Shown here piece by piece: positions 9,089 through 17,231 of a DNA stretch of 54,146 nucleotides. The position numbers and the translations under genes are program-made. Where the stretch lies: the NCBI GenBank assembly GCA_937983085.1, contig CALJKZ010000121.1, positions 1 through 54,146 on the forward strand, given 5' to 3'. Position 1 is the first letter of the stretch; each line of letters opens with the position of its first letter. Source of the stretch: an uncultured Gemmatimonadales bacterium. Lineage in GTDB: Bacteria; Gemmatimonadota; Gemmatimonadetes; Longimicrobiales; Gaopeijiaceae. The notes beneath the pieces were generated by a model. It searched no databases and was not told where the DNA came from. It saw nothing but the letters and a program-made list of their open reading frames with translations.

Positions 9089-9123
9089 TCGTCGGCGCCA
9101 CGCCGACGGCGCCGCGCCGTTGC

Positions 9124-9143
9124 CCGCCGCGTGCGGCGGTTTT
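9124..9143 (+). terminator. Rho-independent terminator candidate after the DUF5916-like gene
   Basis: A 6-bp GC stem CCGCCG/CGGCGG (9124-9129 / 9134-9139) with loop CGTG is followed by TTTT. A second 8-bp hairpin CGTCGGCG-CCA-CGCCGACG lies at 9090-9108, just after the stop. Confidence 0.5.
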
Positions 9144-9232
9144 AAGGTACGCGGCTTGGTAGCACGCGCGGCGTCCACGGACGACGCGCCTCGACGGGGC
9201 CTGCGGCCCCGAGTTTCAACGGAAAGGACAGC

Positions 9233-9448
9233 GTGGCAAAAGACGCGATCGAAATCGAAGGAACCGTGACCGAGGTTCTCCCGAACGCAACGTTCAGGGT
9301 GAAGCTCGAGAACGACCATGAAGTGCTCGCGTACCTCTCGGGCAAGATGCGGCAGAACTACATCCGTGTCCTCGAGGGCGACCGGGTGAAGGTGGAGATG
9401 TCTCCCTACGACCTGTCCAGGGGTCGCGTCACCTACCGGTACAAGTAG
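9233..9448 (+). CDS. infA: Translation initiation factor IF-1
   Basis: Full-length match: [73 protein letters not shown] start, with GGAAAGGA just upstream. Confidence 0.97.
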   Translation: MAKDAIEIEGTVTEVLPNATFRVKLENDHEVLAYLSGKMRQNYIRVLEGDRVKVEMSPYDLSRGRVTYRYK

Positions 9449-9534
9449 CACCTCGGGGCGGCCGACGGTCGAAACCGCCTCGCGCCGCGCTCCGTAGGGA
9501 TGATCCGAACACACGACGTCCCCTCGGAGGTCTC

Positions 9535-9747
9535 ATGAAGCAGGTCGTCAAATATGCCGCGCTGGGTGTGTCCGGCGTCGTGCTCTTCAAGCTCGTAGCC
9601 GCCATCTTCCTCCCGACCCTGGCCATGATCTTCGGCCTCCTGGGACTCACGGTGAAGCTGGCCCTCTTCGCGGCGGTGCTCTTCTTCCTGTATTCCATCT
9701 TCAGGAAACCCCGCCAAGAACGCGAGATCGAGATCGAAGTGAACTGA
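9535..9747 (+). CDS. Small two-TM membrane protein (70 aa), unknown function
   Basis: GGAGG at 9526-9530 lies 4 nt before the ATG. Two hydrophobic helices are followed by a charged tail RKPRQEREIEIEVN. A GC hairpin plus TTT follows the stop. Confidence 0.6.
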   Translation: MKQVVKYAALGVSGVVLFKLVAAIFLPTLAMIFGLLGLTVKLALFAAVLFFLYSIFRKPRQEREIEIEVN

Positions 9748-9751
9748 CCGG

Positions 9752-9773
9752 CGCCCCTCGTCGGGGGGCGTTT
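9752..9773. terminator. GC hairpin plus short T-run between convergent genes
   Basis: CGCCCC (9752-9757) pairs with GGGGCG (9765-9770) and is followed by TTT. It sits in the 55-bp gap between the small membrane-protein gene and the pseudo-helicase gene. Confidence 0.4.
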
Positions 9774-9802
9774 CGGGCTCGGGCCCGCGGGCGTCCGTAG
9801 GC

Positions 9803-11326
9803 TCAGGCGCGCGGGCGCTTGATGGTCCGTCGGGGACGGTCGAAGTCCACGCGGACCGATCGCCCCTTGATGGTGGTTCCGTTCAGGGCCTGAATCACGG
9901 TGCGGGCGACGGTGTCGTGGACCTCCACCAGGGAGTGGCTCTCCTGGATGTCGATCTTGCCCACGGCGTCGCCGGGCACGTTGGCCTCGCCGGTGACGGC
10001 TCCCAGCAGATCGCCCACACGGAGCCCGTCCCGCTCGCCGACACTCATGAAGAGCTTCGACCACGAGGGCACACCGGTGGCCGCCGCCGCTCCACTGGGC
10101 TGACGGCTCGGCGTCGGCGTGGGAGCCGTCACCGGTGCTTTCGCCCTCAGCATGGCCACGGCGGCTGCGGCCACCTCCGCGGGGTCATAGCGCTCGAAGA
10201 GGGGCTCGAGGGCGAGGACATACGGCGCGGTGTCGTACTCCTCCAAGGCACGCTCGACGCGAGCGCGCAGCTCGCCGACGGCGGTCGACCGATCCGCGGG
10301 GGGCGGGAACGGAACGGTGTCGTAACCCGTGCGCTTGCCGAGATTCCTGAGGTGGGCCAGCTCACGCGGCAGGACGACGACGACGCCCTGTTCACCGATG
10401 GAGTGGCGCCGATCGAGCGTGTCCGGGTCGGTGGGGGCGTCGCAGCTCACCACCACGAGTCCCTCGGTGCCCTTGGCCGCGGCGCGAGCCGCCAGGGCGT
10501 CGATGCCCAGCCAAACGGGGACCGAAGGATCTCCCGGGGCGCCGGCCACGAAACCGTGGAGGGTGAAGTAGTCGCCCACATCGGCGGCGCGATCGGCGCT
10601 TCTGCAGTAGACCAGGGCGTGACGGGCTCCACCCGCCAACAGCTCGTCCACGACCCTTAGGGCAGCGGCCTCCCGGGGCTCGGGGGCGATCCGGAAGCGG
10701 ACCGCACCGCGATCGGGTACGTCGGCCAGCGCCTCCGGGACCTTCATCGTCCGCTTGAAGAGCCGGTCCACGAGGCTCTTGACCCCCTCGCTCATGGGCA
10801 GGGCGCTGAGGATGCGCTGTGCTTCGCCCGGTGCGTAGTCGAGGATGCGCTCGATGCCGGGCAGTCCGCCGAAGTCCTCCACGAGCTGCGCCTGGTCGAT
10901 GACGACGGCTTCCAACGACTCGCCGGAGACGCGTCCAGCCGAGAGAACGTCCACGTGGTCGCCCACGCTCCCCACTAGCACGTCGGCCTGCTCGGGGAGT
11001 GCCCAGGCACCGCCCAGTGCGGCGACGGTGAGCTCAGCGGAAGCCGCCATGCGCGCCAACGACTCGGCCAGGCGATGCGCGGTCTCCTCGGAGGCACAGA
11101 CCACCAGGGCCCGGGGTGCACCCGCTCCGCCCTCGAGGCGGTCGATGAGGCCGGCGGCCCACGCCACCAGGAGGCCACTGCCCGGCCCGGCCTCGAGGAC
11201 GAGGTTGTTCCCCTTCCGGATGATGGGGACAGCCGACTCCTGGAGGGGGGTCGGAACCTCGATGCCCTCTGCGGCGAGGGCCTCTACGAGCTCGGGTGCG
11301 ACTCCGAGATCTTCGAAGGACTCCAC
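9803..11326 (-). CDS. DEAD-box/DbpA-like protein with degenerate ATPase motifs (probable pseudo-helicase)
   Basis: The Q motif FEDLGV..PTPLQ and a C-terminal DbpA-type domain (KLFMSVGERDGLRVGDLLGAV...IKGRSVRVDF) are retained. Motif I reads AGPGSGLL, motif II DQAQ, motif III SAL and motif VI HSIGEQGV. Confidence 0.8.
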   Translation of the reverse strand: MESFEDLGVAPELVEALAAEGIEVPTPLQESAVPIIRKGNNLVLEAGPGSGLLVAWAAGLIDRLEGGAGAPRALVVCASEETAHRLAESLARMAASAELTVAALGGAWALPEQADVLVGSVGDHVDVLSAGRVSGESLEAVVIDQAQLVEDFGGLPGIERILDYAPGEAQRILSALPMSEGVKSLVDRLFKRTMKVPEALADVPDRGAVRFRIAPEPREAAALRVVDELLAGGARHALVYCRSADRAADVGDYFTLHGFVAGAPGDPSVPVWLGIDALAARAAAKGTEGLVVVSCDAPTDPDTLDRRHSIGEQGVVVVLPRELAHLRNLGKRTGYDTVPFPPPADRSTAVGELRARVERALEEYDTAPYVLALEPLFERYDPAEVAAAAVAMLRAKAPVTAPTPTPSRQPSGAAAATGVPSWSKLFMSVGERDGLRVGDLLGAVTGEANVPGDAVGKIDIQESHSLVEVHDTVARTVIQALNGTTIKGRSVRVDFDRPRRTIKRPRA

Positions 11327-11327
11327 G

Positions 11328-11642
11328 TCAGGGTCCGGCGACCCGGGGCTCTCCCGATCCCGGACCCGCCTGATCGTGGGGCTCGTAGGGGAGGCGATTG
11401 AGGAATCGCTGGACCTCGTAGTCCAGGCGGGAGGTCCGCAGCCGATCGGTGGTTGCCACTACCTCGGTGTAGGGCCCGTGGCGGTGGACGGACAGCGTCA
11501 CGGTTCCCTCGGCGCCGTTGTAGGTGGCCGAATGCGCGGACGACGTGGAACGCGTCACGCCCACCATCTCGGGGAGCAGTTCCTCGGCCTTCTCCAGGAC
11601 CTGCTGAGGCGAATCCGCCGTCTTTCTCTTGTAACCGGCCAT
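11328..11642 (-). CDS. Hypothetical protein (104 aa)
   Basis: ATG-initiated ORF with coding-like third-position G/C. Its stop lies 1 nt upstream of the pseudo-helicase start. I recognise no family motif. Confidence 0.55.
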   Translation of the reverse strand: MAGYKRKTADSPQQVLEKAEELLPEMVGVTRSTSSAHSATYNGAEGTVTLSVHRHGPYTEVVATTDRLRTSRLDYEVQRFLNRLPYEPHDQAGPGSGEPRVAGP

Positions 11643-11676
11643 GAGTCGGTGCCTTCCGCGGGTGCTTCGGTGAATC

Positions 11677-12261
11677 TCAGGTGCCGAGTAAGGTGCCGAT
11701 GCGGTCTCGGTTGTGGAAGCCCTCGAGCCGTTCGTGGCCCGCGACGAGCGTCGGAGTCGTCGTCACGCCGCTGTTCACTGCCTGCTCCCGGAGCGCCGCC
11801 ACGTCGGCCAGATGGCGATCGACGTCGAGGACGGCCTTGGTCTCCGTCCGGTCGAGTCCCAGACCGAGGGCCACATCGACGAGGACGTCCACGCGACCGA
11901 TGTCCAGTCCTTCGAGCAGGTACGCCTCGAAGAGCCTTCGACGAGCCTCATGGGCTTTGCCGTGCTCCTGAGCGAGGAGCACCAGCTCGTTGGCTTTCCG
12001 GGTCCAGGGTACCAACGACGGCGGCGCGAACGTGAGCCCGAACTCCTCGGCCAGACTCCTCGCTTCGTTCCAGCGGGACGCCAGGCTTCCGTCGTCGATG
12101 GCCACCAGGGGAGTCGGCGGGGGTCTCAACTCGAAGGGGTGCCACGTCACCGCATTGTCGGCGTGTCCGGCCTCGCTGGCCCACTCGTCGAGCTCCCGGA
12201 CGAGGAGGTACGAGAGAGGATCGGTGAAGTCGTAGAACAGGATGGGCTTGGTATCGGTCAT
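11677..12261 (-). CDS. DsbA-fold protein (2-hydroxychromene-2-carboxylate isomerase / FrnE-like), lacking the CxxC
   Basis: The N-terminus ILFYDFTDPLSYLL occupies the position of the thioredoxin-fold active site but has no cysteines. Length and C-terminal pattern (GVTTTPTLV) fit the DsbA family. Confidence 0.75.
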   Translation of the reverse strand: MTDTKPILFYDFTDPLSYLLVRELDEWASEAGHADNAVTWHPFELRPPPTPLVAIDDGSLASRWNEARSLAEEFGLTFAPPSLVPWTRKANELVLLAQEHGKAHEARRRLFEAYLLEGLDIGRVDVLVDVALGLGLDRTETKAVLDVDRHLADVAALREQAVNSGVTTTPTLVAGHERLEGFHNRDRIGTLLGT

Positions 12262-12389
12262 GGGTGGAAGCTAGAAGGCCGACGGTCCGCGCGGAGGTTC
12301 CGGGGGCCGGTCGCGCCCATCGTCCCCGGCTTTATCCGACTCTCCGGTCCCGCCATATTGCACTTCGCCAGTTCTCACCGGGGGTCCCG

Positions 12390-13589
12390 ATGTCGTTCAG
12401 TTCCAACGTCGAAAAGCTCAAGCCGTCGGCCACCATCGCCGTCAGCACCCTGGCCAAGAAGCTCGCGGCCGAAGGTCGCGACATCATCAACCTGAGCGCC
12501 GGCGAGCCGGACTTCGACACTCCGGACTTCATCTCCGGCTCGGCCATCGACGGCATCCGGTCCGGGCGCACCCGGTACACTCCGCCCGCCGGCATCCCGG
12601 CGCTGCGGGAGGCCATCGCACAGCGGCTCAGCGAGCGAGGCTCCCACGACGCCGAGGCCGAGGGCGTGGTGGTGACGGCAGGCGCCAAGCAGTCGCTCTT
12701 CAACGCCATCTTCACTCTCTTCGGCCCGGGGGACGAGGTCGTCATCGCCGCCCCGTACTGGACCACGTACCCGGCCCTCGTCGAACTGGCCCGCGCCGAG
12801 CCCGTGCTCCTTTTCGGAGACGAGTCGAAGGGGTTCAAGATCTCCGCCGACGACCTGGAGCGGTCGGCCACCGCTGCCACCCGAGGGCTCATCCTGAACA
12901 CGCCGTGCAATCCGAGTGGCGCGGTCTACTCCCTCGCCGAGCTGGGAGAGATCGCGGACTGGTGCAGGGAGCACGACGTCTGGCTGTTGAGCGACGAGAT
13001 CTACCGCGACATCCACCACGATGCCGAGGAAGCGGCCCCCGGGATCCTCAGCCTGGATGCTGGGCGACTCGGGCCCTACGTCCTCATCGACGGGGCGTCG
13101 AAGGGGTTCGCCATGACGGGGTGGCGAATCGGGTTCTCCTACTGCGAGACCGGGCTGGCGAAGAAGATGACCGCGCTCCAGAGCCAGATCACGTCCAACG
13201 CCGCGACGCCCTCGCAGATGGCGGCGCTGGCCGCGTACTCCGATCCGGAGAGCGCCCGACGGGAGCAGGCGGACATGTGCGTGGCGTTTCGACGACGCCG
13301 TGACCTGGTCTGCGCCCGGATGCGCGAGTTGCTCCCAGGCGTTCCCTTCGTGGAGCCCGCCGGGGCCTTCTACCTCTACTTCCGCGTCGACGGCCTCTTC
13401 AACGGTGACGTGAGCAACGCCACGGAGTGGTGCTCGAGGCTCCTGGAGGAGCAGGGCGTGGCTCTGGTGCCCGGCGGGGCGTTCGGAGACGACGACTGGG
13501 TACGGCTCAGCTTCGCCACCTCCGACGAGATCCTCGAGGAGGCCATGAAGCGGATCGCCTCCATGGCTGCGGCCGGAGCAGCCAGCTAG
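12390..13589 (+). CDS. Pyridoxal-phosphate-dependent aminotransferase, class I (aspartate aminotransferase type)
   Basis: An internal ATG at 12390 in ORF 12264..13589 gives MSFSSNVEKLKPSATIAVS...INLSAGEPDFDTP. The PLP-lysine context is SKGFAMTGWRIGF. Confidence 0.9.
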   Translation: MSFSSNVEKLKPSATIAVSTLAKKLAAEGRDIINLSAGEPDFDTPDFISGSAIDGIRSGRTRYTPPAGIPALREAIAQRLSERGSHDAEAEGVVVTAGAKQSLFNAIFTLFGPGDEVVIAAPYWTTYPALVELARAEPVLLFGDESKGFKISADDLERSATAATRGLILNTPCNPSGAVYSLAELGEIADWCREHDVWLLSDEIYRDIHHDAEEAAPGILSLDAGRLGPYVLIDGASKGFAMTGWRIGFSYCETGLAKKMTALQSQITSNAATPSQMAALAAYSDPESARREQADMCVAFRRRRDLVCARMRELLPGVPFVEPAGAFYLYFRVDGLFNGDVSNATEWCSRLLEEQGVALVPGGAFGDDDWVRLSFATSDEILEEAMKRIASMAAAGAAS

Positions 13590-13660
13590 TCACGACCCCC
13601 GCCGGTCCCGAGGCGAGTCAGGCACCACTGCCATCGGGGATCGCGACCCGGCACGCCGGG

Positions 13661-14632
13661 TCACCCCACGGCCGCGACGACCGTCTCGGCTGCCCGCCGG
13701 CACCCTGCCACGTAGCCTCGGCCGAACAGGTTGACGTGCACCAGCAGGTAGTAGAGTTGGTAGAGGGCCCTACGATGACTCCGGTACGCGGACGAGATGG
13801 GACGAACGTCGTCGTACGCGGCGTAGAAGTCCGGTCCGAAGCCCCCGAAGAGCTCGGTCATGGCCAGGTCGACCTCGGCGTCGCCTCGGTACACCGCGGG
13901 GTCGACCAGAGCGTGTCGACCCTCGTCGGTCGGGTAGGTGTTTCCGCTCCAAAGGTCTCCGTGGAGGAGTGACGGCTCGACGTCGTCCAGGGCCATGGTC
14001 GTCGCGTCCACCAGTTCATCCATGAGGCTGTCGAGGAAGTAGCCCGAGTGGCGAGCCTGCTCGAGCTGAGGAAGGATACGTCGGTCCCTCCAGAACTCCG
14101 GCCAGGACCGGGCCGGTTCGTTGCTCTGGGGCAGGGAGCCGATCCAGTTGTCCCGGTGCCAGCCGTACGTGACCGCATCGGCCGGGGTGGTCGGATCGCT
14201 TCCGGTGCCCGCATCGGATGTGGTCTCCACGCTGTGCAGGAGGACCAGTCCGCGACCCAGTCGCTCGTCTCCGTCGGACTCCTCGACGCCGGGAGCGAGC
14301 CAGCTGGTGAGAAACCAGGCGGGCCCGGCGGTCGGGGCCGGAGCCTCGCTACGCGCCAGGGGCTCGGGAACGCGGAGCCGGTGGTCCTCCCCCACCCGCT
14401 GAGCCGCCTTGCCGAGGGCGCAGAGCCCGTCCGCTTCCGCCTCGAACATCCCGGCGGGAGCCCAGGGGTTCCACTTCAGGAAGTACGTCCGACCCGCCAC
14501 GGTATCCAGGCGAACCCCGCGATTGATGCAGCCGCCGGACACCGGTGAGGTGGCCGCGACGGAGTCGTCGTCGTCGTGGAGTCTGCGGATGGCTTCGTCC
14601 ACGGGGCCCCGGACGGAGCCGGGGAGGGACAT
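13661..14632 (-). CDS. Fructosamine/ketosamine-3-kinase family protein
   Basis: SGGCINRGVRL, FLKWN, FEAEADGL and the catalytic loop LLHGDLWSGN are present. The start overlaps the stop of the upstream phosphatase gene by 1 nt. Confidence 0.85.
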   Translation of the reverse strand: MSLPGSVRGPVDEAIRRLHDDDDSVAATSPVSGGCINRGVRLDTVAGRTYFLKWNPWAPAGMFEAEADGLCALGKAAQRVGEDHRLRVPEPLARSEAPAPTAGPAWFLTSWLAPGVEESDGDERLGRGLVLLHSVETTSDAGTGSDPTTPADAVTYGWHRDNWIGSLPQSNEPARSWPEFWRDRRILPQLEQARHSGYFLDSLMDELVDATTMALDDVEPSLLHGDLWSGNTYPTDEGRHALVDPAVYRGDAEVDLAMTELFGGFGPDFYAAYDDVRPISSAYRSHRRALYQLYYLLVHVNLFGRGYVAGCRRAAETVVAAVG

Positions 14633-15135
14633 CAGACCGTTCTCAGGCGATCCAGGAGCGTCCGGCAGGAGCGGTGGACCATCTGGTAGACGTTCTCGAA
14701 CCCGCTGGCTCCCCCGTAGTAGGGATCGGGGACCTCGTCTCCGTCGCCACCCTCGGGGTCGAAGGCACGAAGCAGGTGGATCTCGGCCGTCGCCTCGTCT
14801 CCCAGGGCGTCGGCCATCCGCTGGACGTTGCGGAGGTTCTCGAGGTCCATGACGACGACGTGGTGATACGTCTTCAGATCGTCCTCGGTGATCTGACGCG
14901 CCCGGCTCAGCAACTCCACGCCATGCTGGGTCGCCACCATGGACGCGCGAGCGTCGGGGCGTTCACCTACGTGCCACGCCCCGGTACCGGCGGAGTCGAT
15001 CTGGAATCGGTCGGAAAGGCCGGCTTCGTCGACGAGGTGCTGGAAGATGCCTTCTGCCAGCGGGGATCGGCAGATGTTGCCGAGGCAGACGAAGAGAACC
15101 GACGTGCGGGGGGAGTCGGATTGGTCAGGTTGCAT
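14632..15135 (-). CDS. Low-molecular-weight protein-tyrosine phosphatase
   Basis: An internal ATG at 15135 in ORF 14632..16413. P-loop VLFVCLGNICRSPLAEG and the DPYYG motif are present. The rest of the 593-aa ORF is antisense to the helicase gene. Confidence 0.9.
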   Translation of the reverse strand: MQPDQSDSPRTSVLFVCLGNICRSPLAEGIFQHLVDEAGLSDRFQIDSAGTGAWHVGERPDARASMVATQHGVELLSRARQITEDDLKTYHHVVVMDLENLRNVQRMADALGDEATAEIHLLRAFDPEGGDGDEVPDPYYGGASGFENVYQMVHRSCRTLLDRLRTV

Positions 15136-15309
15136 CGACCGACGGCTCGGCGCGGCGCGGTGATCTCGGAAGGGAAGTCGGATGATGACCCGCTTCCACT
15201 CGGCGGCCAAGTTGCCTGGATGGTGCACCCTTGGCAAGGAACCGCTGTTACCTTTTCCCCTGCGGAAGCCGGATGCTTCCAGGACGCACATCATCGATTG
15301 GACACACGC

Positions 15310-16569
15310 TTGAGTACTGCACGTTTTTCTGACCTCGGCCTTTCCCCCGAGCGCCTCGCCGCCGTCGAAGCCCTCGGTTGGACCGAGCCCACTCCCATTC
15401 AGGCACAGGCCATCCCGGCCGGATTGAAGGGCACCGACGTCGTCGGGATCGCCCAGACCGGGACCGGGAAGACCGCCGCCTTCATGATCCCCGCCTTGGA
15501 GCGGGTCAACATCGGACAGGGACTCCAGGTCCTCGTCCTCTGCCCCACACGCGAACTCGCCCAGCAGGTTTCCGACGATACCGAAGCTCTGTCCAAGGGC
15601 ACGGCCATCCGCTCCCAGGCCATCTTCGGTGGGGTCGGATACGAGCCCCAGATCAACGCGCTCAAGCAGGGGTTCGAGGTCATCGTCGCCACGCCGGGAC
15701 GCTTCATCGACCACATGAAATCGGGCCGGGTCGACCTTTCCAAGGTCAGCTACCTGGTCCTCGACGAAGCCGATCGCATGCTGGACATGGGATTCCGGCC
15801 CCAGATCGAAGAGGTCTTCCGTGGAATGCCGAAGGTTCGGCAGACCATGCTCTTCAGCGCGACGATGCCCAACGGCGTGCACGACCTGGCCCTTCGCATG
15901 ACGAAAGAGGCCGTCTGGATCGAGGCGACGCCGCCGGGAACCACCGCCGACGGAATCGACGAGATCTTCTACTCGGTGAAGCCGGAGAAGAAGCCCGACC
16001 TCCTCCTCAAGCTGGTGTCGGACCCGCACTGGGATCAGGTCCTCGTGTTCACGCGGACAAAGGCGGGCGCCGACGTCCTCGAGGCACGGCTCCAGCGCGA
16101 AGGCATCTCCACCGACGTGATGCACTCCAACAAGCACATGAAGCAGCGGACCCGGGCGTTGGACCGCTTCGCGAACGGCGACGTGAAGGTCCTCGTGGCC
16201 ACCGACGTCGCACAGCGGGGACTCGATGTCGAAGGCATCAGTCACGTGGTGAACTACGACGTCCCGCTGGATCCGGAGGACTACGTCCACCGCATCGGAC
16301 GCACCGGTCGAGCGGGCGCCACGGGCACCGCGGTGACCTTCGTCACCGCAGGCGACCTGGGGGCCATGAAGAGCCTCGAACACCGCCTCGACCGCAGCCT
16401 CGAGAAGATCCATCTTCCGGAGTTCGACTATGCGGGGACGCCGCAGACCGAGAGCCGTTCCGCGGCGAAGCGGGGCCGTAAGTCCCGTTCACCGCAGGGC
16501 CTCGGAAGCAAGTCGGCCGACGAGCTCAGCCCCGAGGAGTTGGCGGCCCTGCTGAACCCGGGCTCCTGA
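15310..16569 (+). CDS. DEAD-box ATP-dependent RNA helicase (RhlE-like)
   Basis: All motifs are intact: FSDLGL..PTPIQ, AQTGTGKT, PTRELA, VLDEADRMLDMGF, SAT, HRIGRTGRAG. The start is uncertain. TTG 15310 gives a typical N-terminus, while ATG 15220 is the alternative but has non-coding-like third positions. Confidence 0.9.
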   Translation: MSTARFSDLGLSPERLAAVEALGWTEPTPIQAQAIPAGLKGTDVVGIAQTGTGKTAAFMIPALERVNIGQGLQVLVLCPTRELAQQVSDDTEALSKGTAIRSQAIFGGVGYEPQINALKQGFEVIVATPGRFIDHMKSGRVDLSKVSYLVLDEADRMLDMGFRPQIEEVFRGMPKVRQTMLFSATMPNGVHDLALRMTKEAVWIEATPPGTTADGIDEIFYSVKPEKKPDLLLKLVSDPHWDQVLVFTRTKAGADVLEARLQREGISTDVMHSNKHMKQRTRALDRFANGDVKVLVATDVAQRGLDVEGISHVVNYDVPLDPEDYVHRIGRTGRAGATGTAVTFVTAGDLGAMKSLEHRLDRSLEKIHLPEFDYAGTPQTESRSAAKRGRKSRSPQGLGSKSADELSPEELAALLNPGS

Positions 16570-16603
16570 TCCGAGCCCCGACCACCCACCACGCGAGACG
16601 ATC

Positions 16604-17014
16604 ATGATCCTGCGCCGTTACGGCACGACATACCAGAGCGTCGACATGGAGTTCACCGCCGAGGCCCTGAACGAGATCGGGTTCCGGCGCAATCGGGAGA
16701 CGTCCATTCCCGTCGACGAATTCGACTCCGGGTACGAGCACGTCGAAACCGTGGAGCTCTCCGCCGAATCGGAGGGTCTGGTCCAGAACGACACCGAACA
16801 GGTGCTTCTCGACAACCTCGCCGAGAAAGTCCGCGAGCAGCTGGCTCGCCTGGAGGAGGGTGGAGCCCTGGTGGTGGAGAACGAGAACGGCAAGGACTAT
16901 CCGCGGACCCGTCAGGAGACGAAGAACGTCGTGGAGCGCGGGGAGAACAAGATGTACTTCGCCTACAGCACGGCACCTCCCCTCCGGGTGGCGCTGTACC
17001 GCCCGAAGGGCTGA
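16604..17014 (+). CDS. Hypothetical acidic protein (136 aa)
   Basis: ATG ORF 34 bp after the helicase stop, with coding-like composition. No TM segment and no motif I recognise. An 11-bp-stem hairpin follows it. Confidence 0.6.
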   Translation: MILRRYGTTYQSVDMEFTAEALNEIGFRRNRETSIPVDEFDSGYEHVETVELSAESEGLVQNDTEQVLLDNLAEKVREQLARLEEGGALVVENENGKDYPRTRQETKNVVERGENKMYFAYSTAPPLRVALYRPKG

Positions 17015-17061
17015 CGCCGCCCGCCTTCCCGAGCGCACGAGTGGGGGTTCCCCCTACATCG

Positions 17062-17100
17062 ACGAGCGGCCCTTTCCCGACTGAGGAGGGGGCCGCTCGT
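17062..17100. terminator. Long hairpin between convergent genes (possible bidirectional terminator)
   Basis: An 11-bp perfect stem ACGAGCGGCCC (17062-17072) / GGGCCGCTCGT (17090-17100) with a 17-nt loop. A weak T-containing tail TCGTATCCTT follows. Confidence 0.45.
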
Positions 17101-17231
17101 TCGTATCCTTGATTCGGACTTCGGAGTCGAGGACAATGGGACGAACCATGGGCTTCGTGCTCCCCCACCCTCGGCTCCCGGGTTTCTCTCCGGCGCCGTA
17201 CGGCCGCGCCGGCTCGAAGGGCAGCGGACCC

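Noticed and set aside
9233-9448. infA located away from the ribosomal-protein (spc/alpha) cluster, as an anomaly.
   Set aside because: A stand-alone infA is common in many bacteria, for example in enterics. It is not informative without the rest of the genome.
15220-15309. The ATG at 15220 as the start of the DEAD-box helicase.
   Set aside because: Third positions over these 30 codons are roughly half A/T, which looks non-coding. A TTG at 15310 gives the canonical short N-terminus before FSDLGL. It is kept as an alternative in the feature note.
17043-17054. GGGGGTTCCCCC as a hairpin or palindrome.
   Set aside because: A 2-nt loop is sterically impossible, and the sequence is not a true DNA palindrome. 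The adjacent 11-bp-stem hairpin is the meaningful structure.
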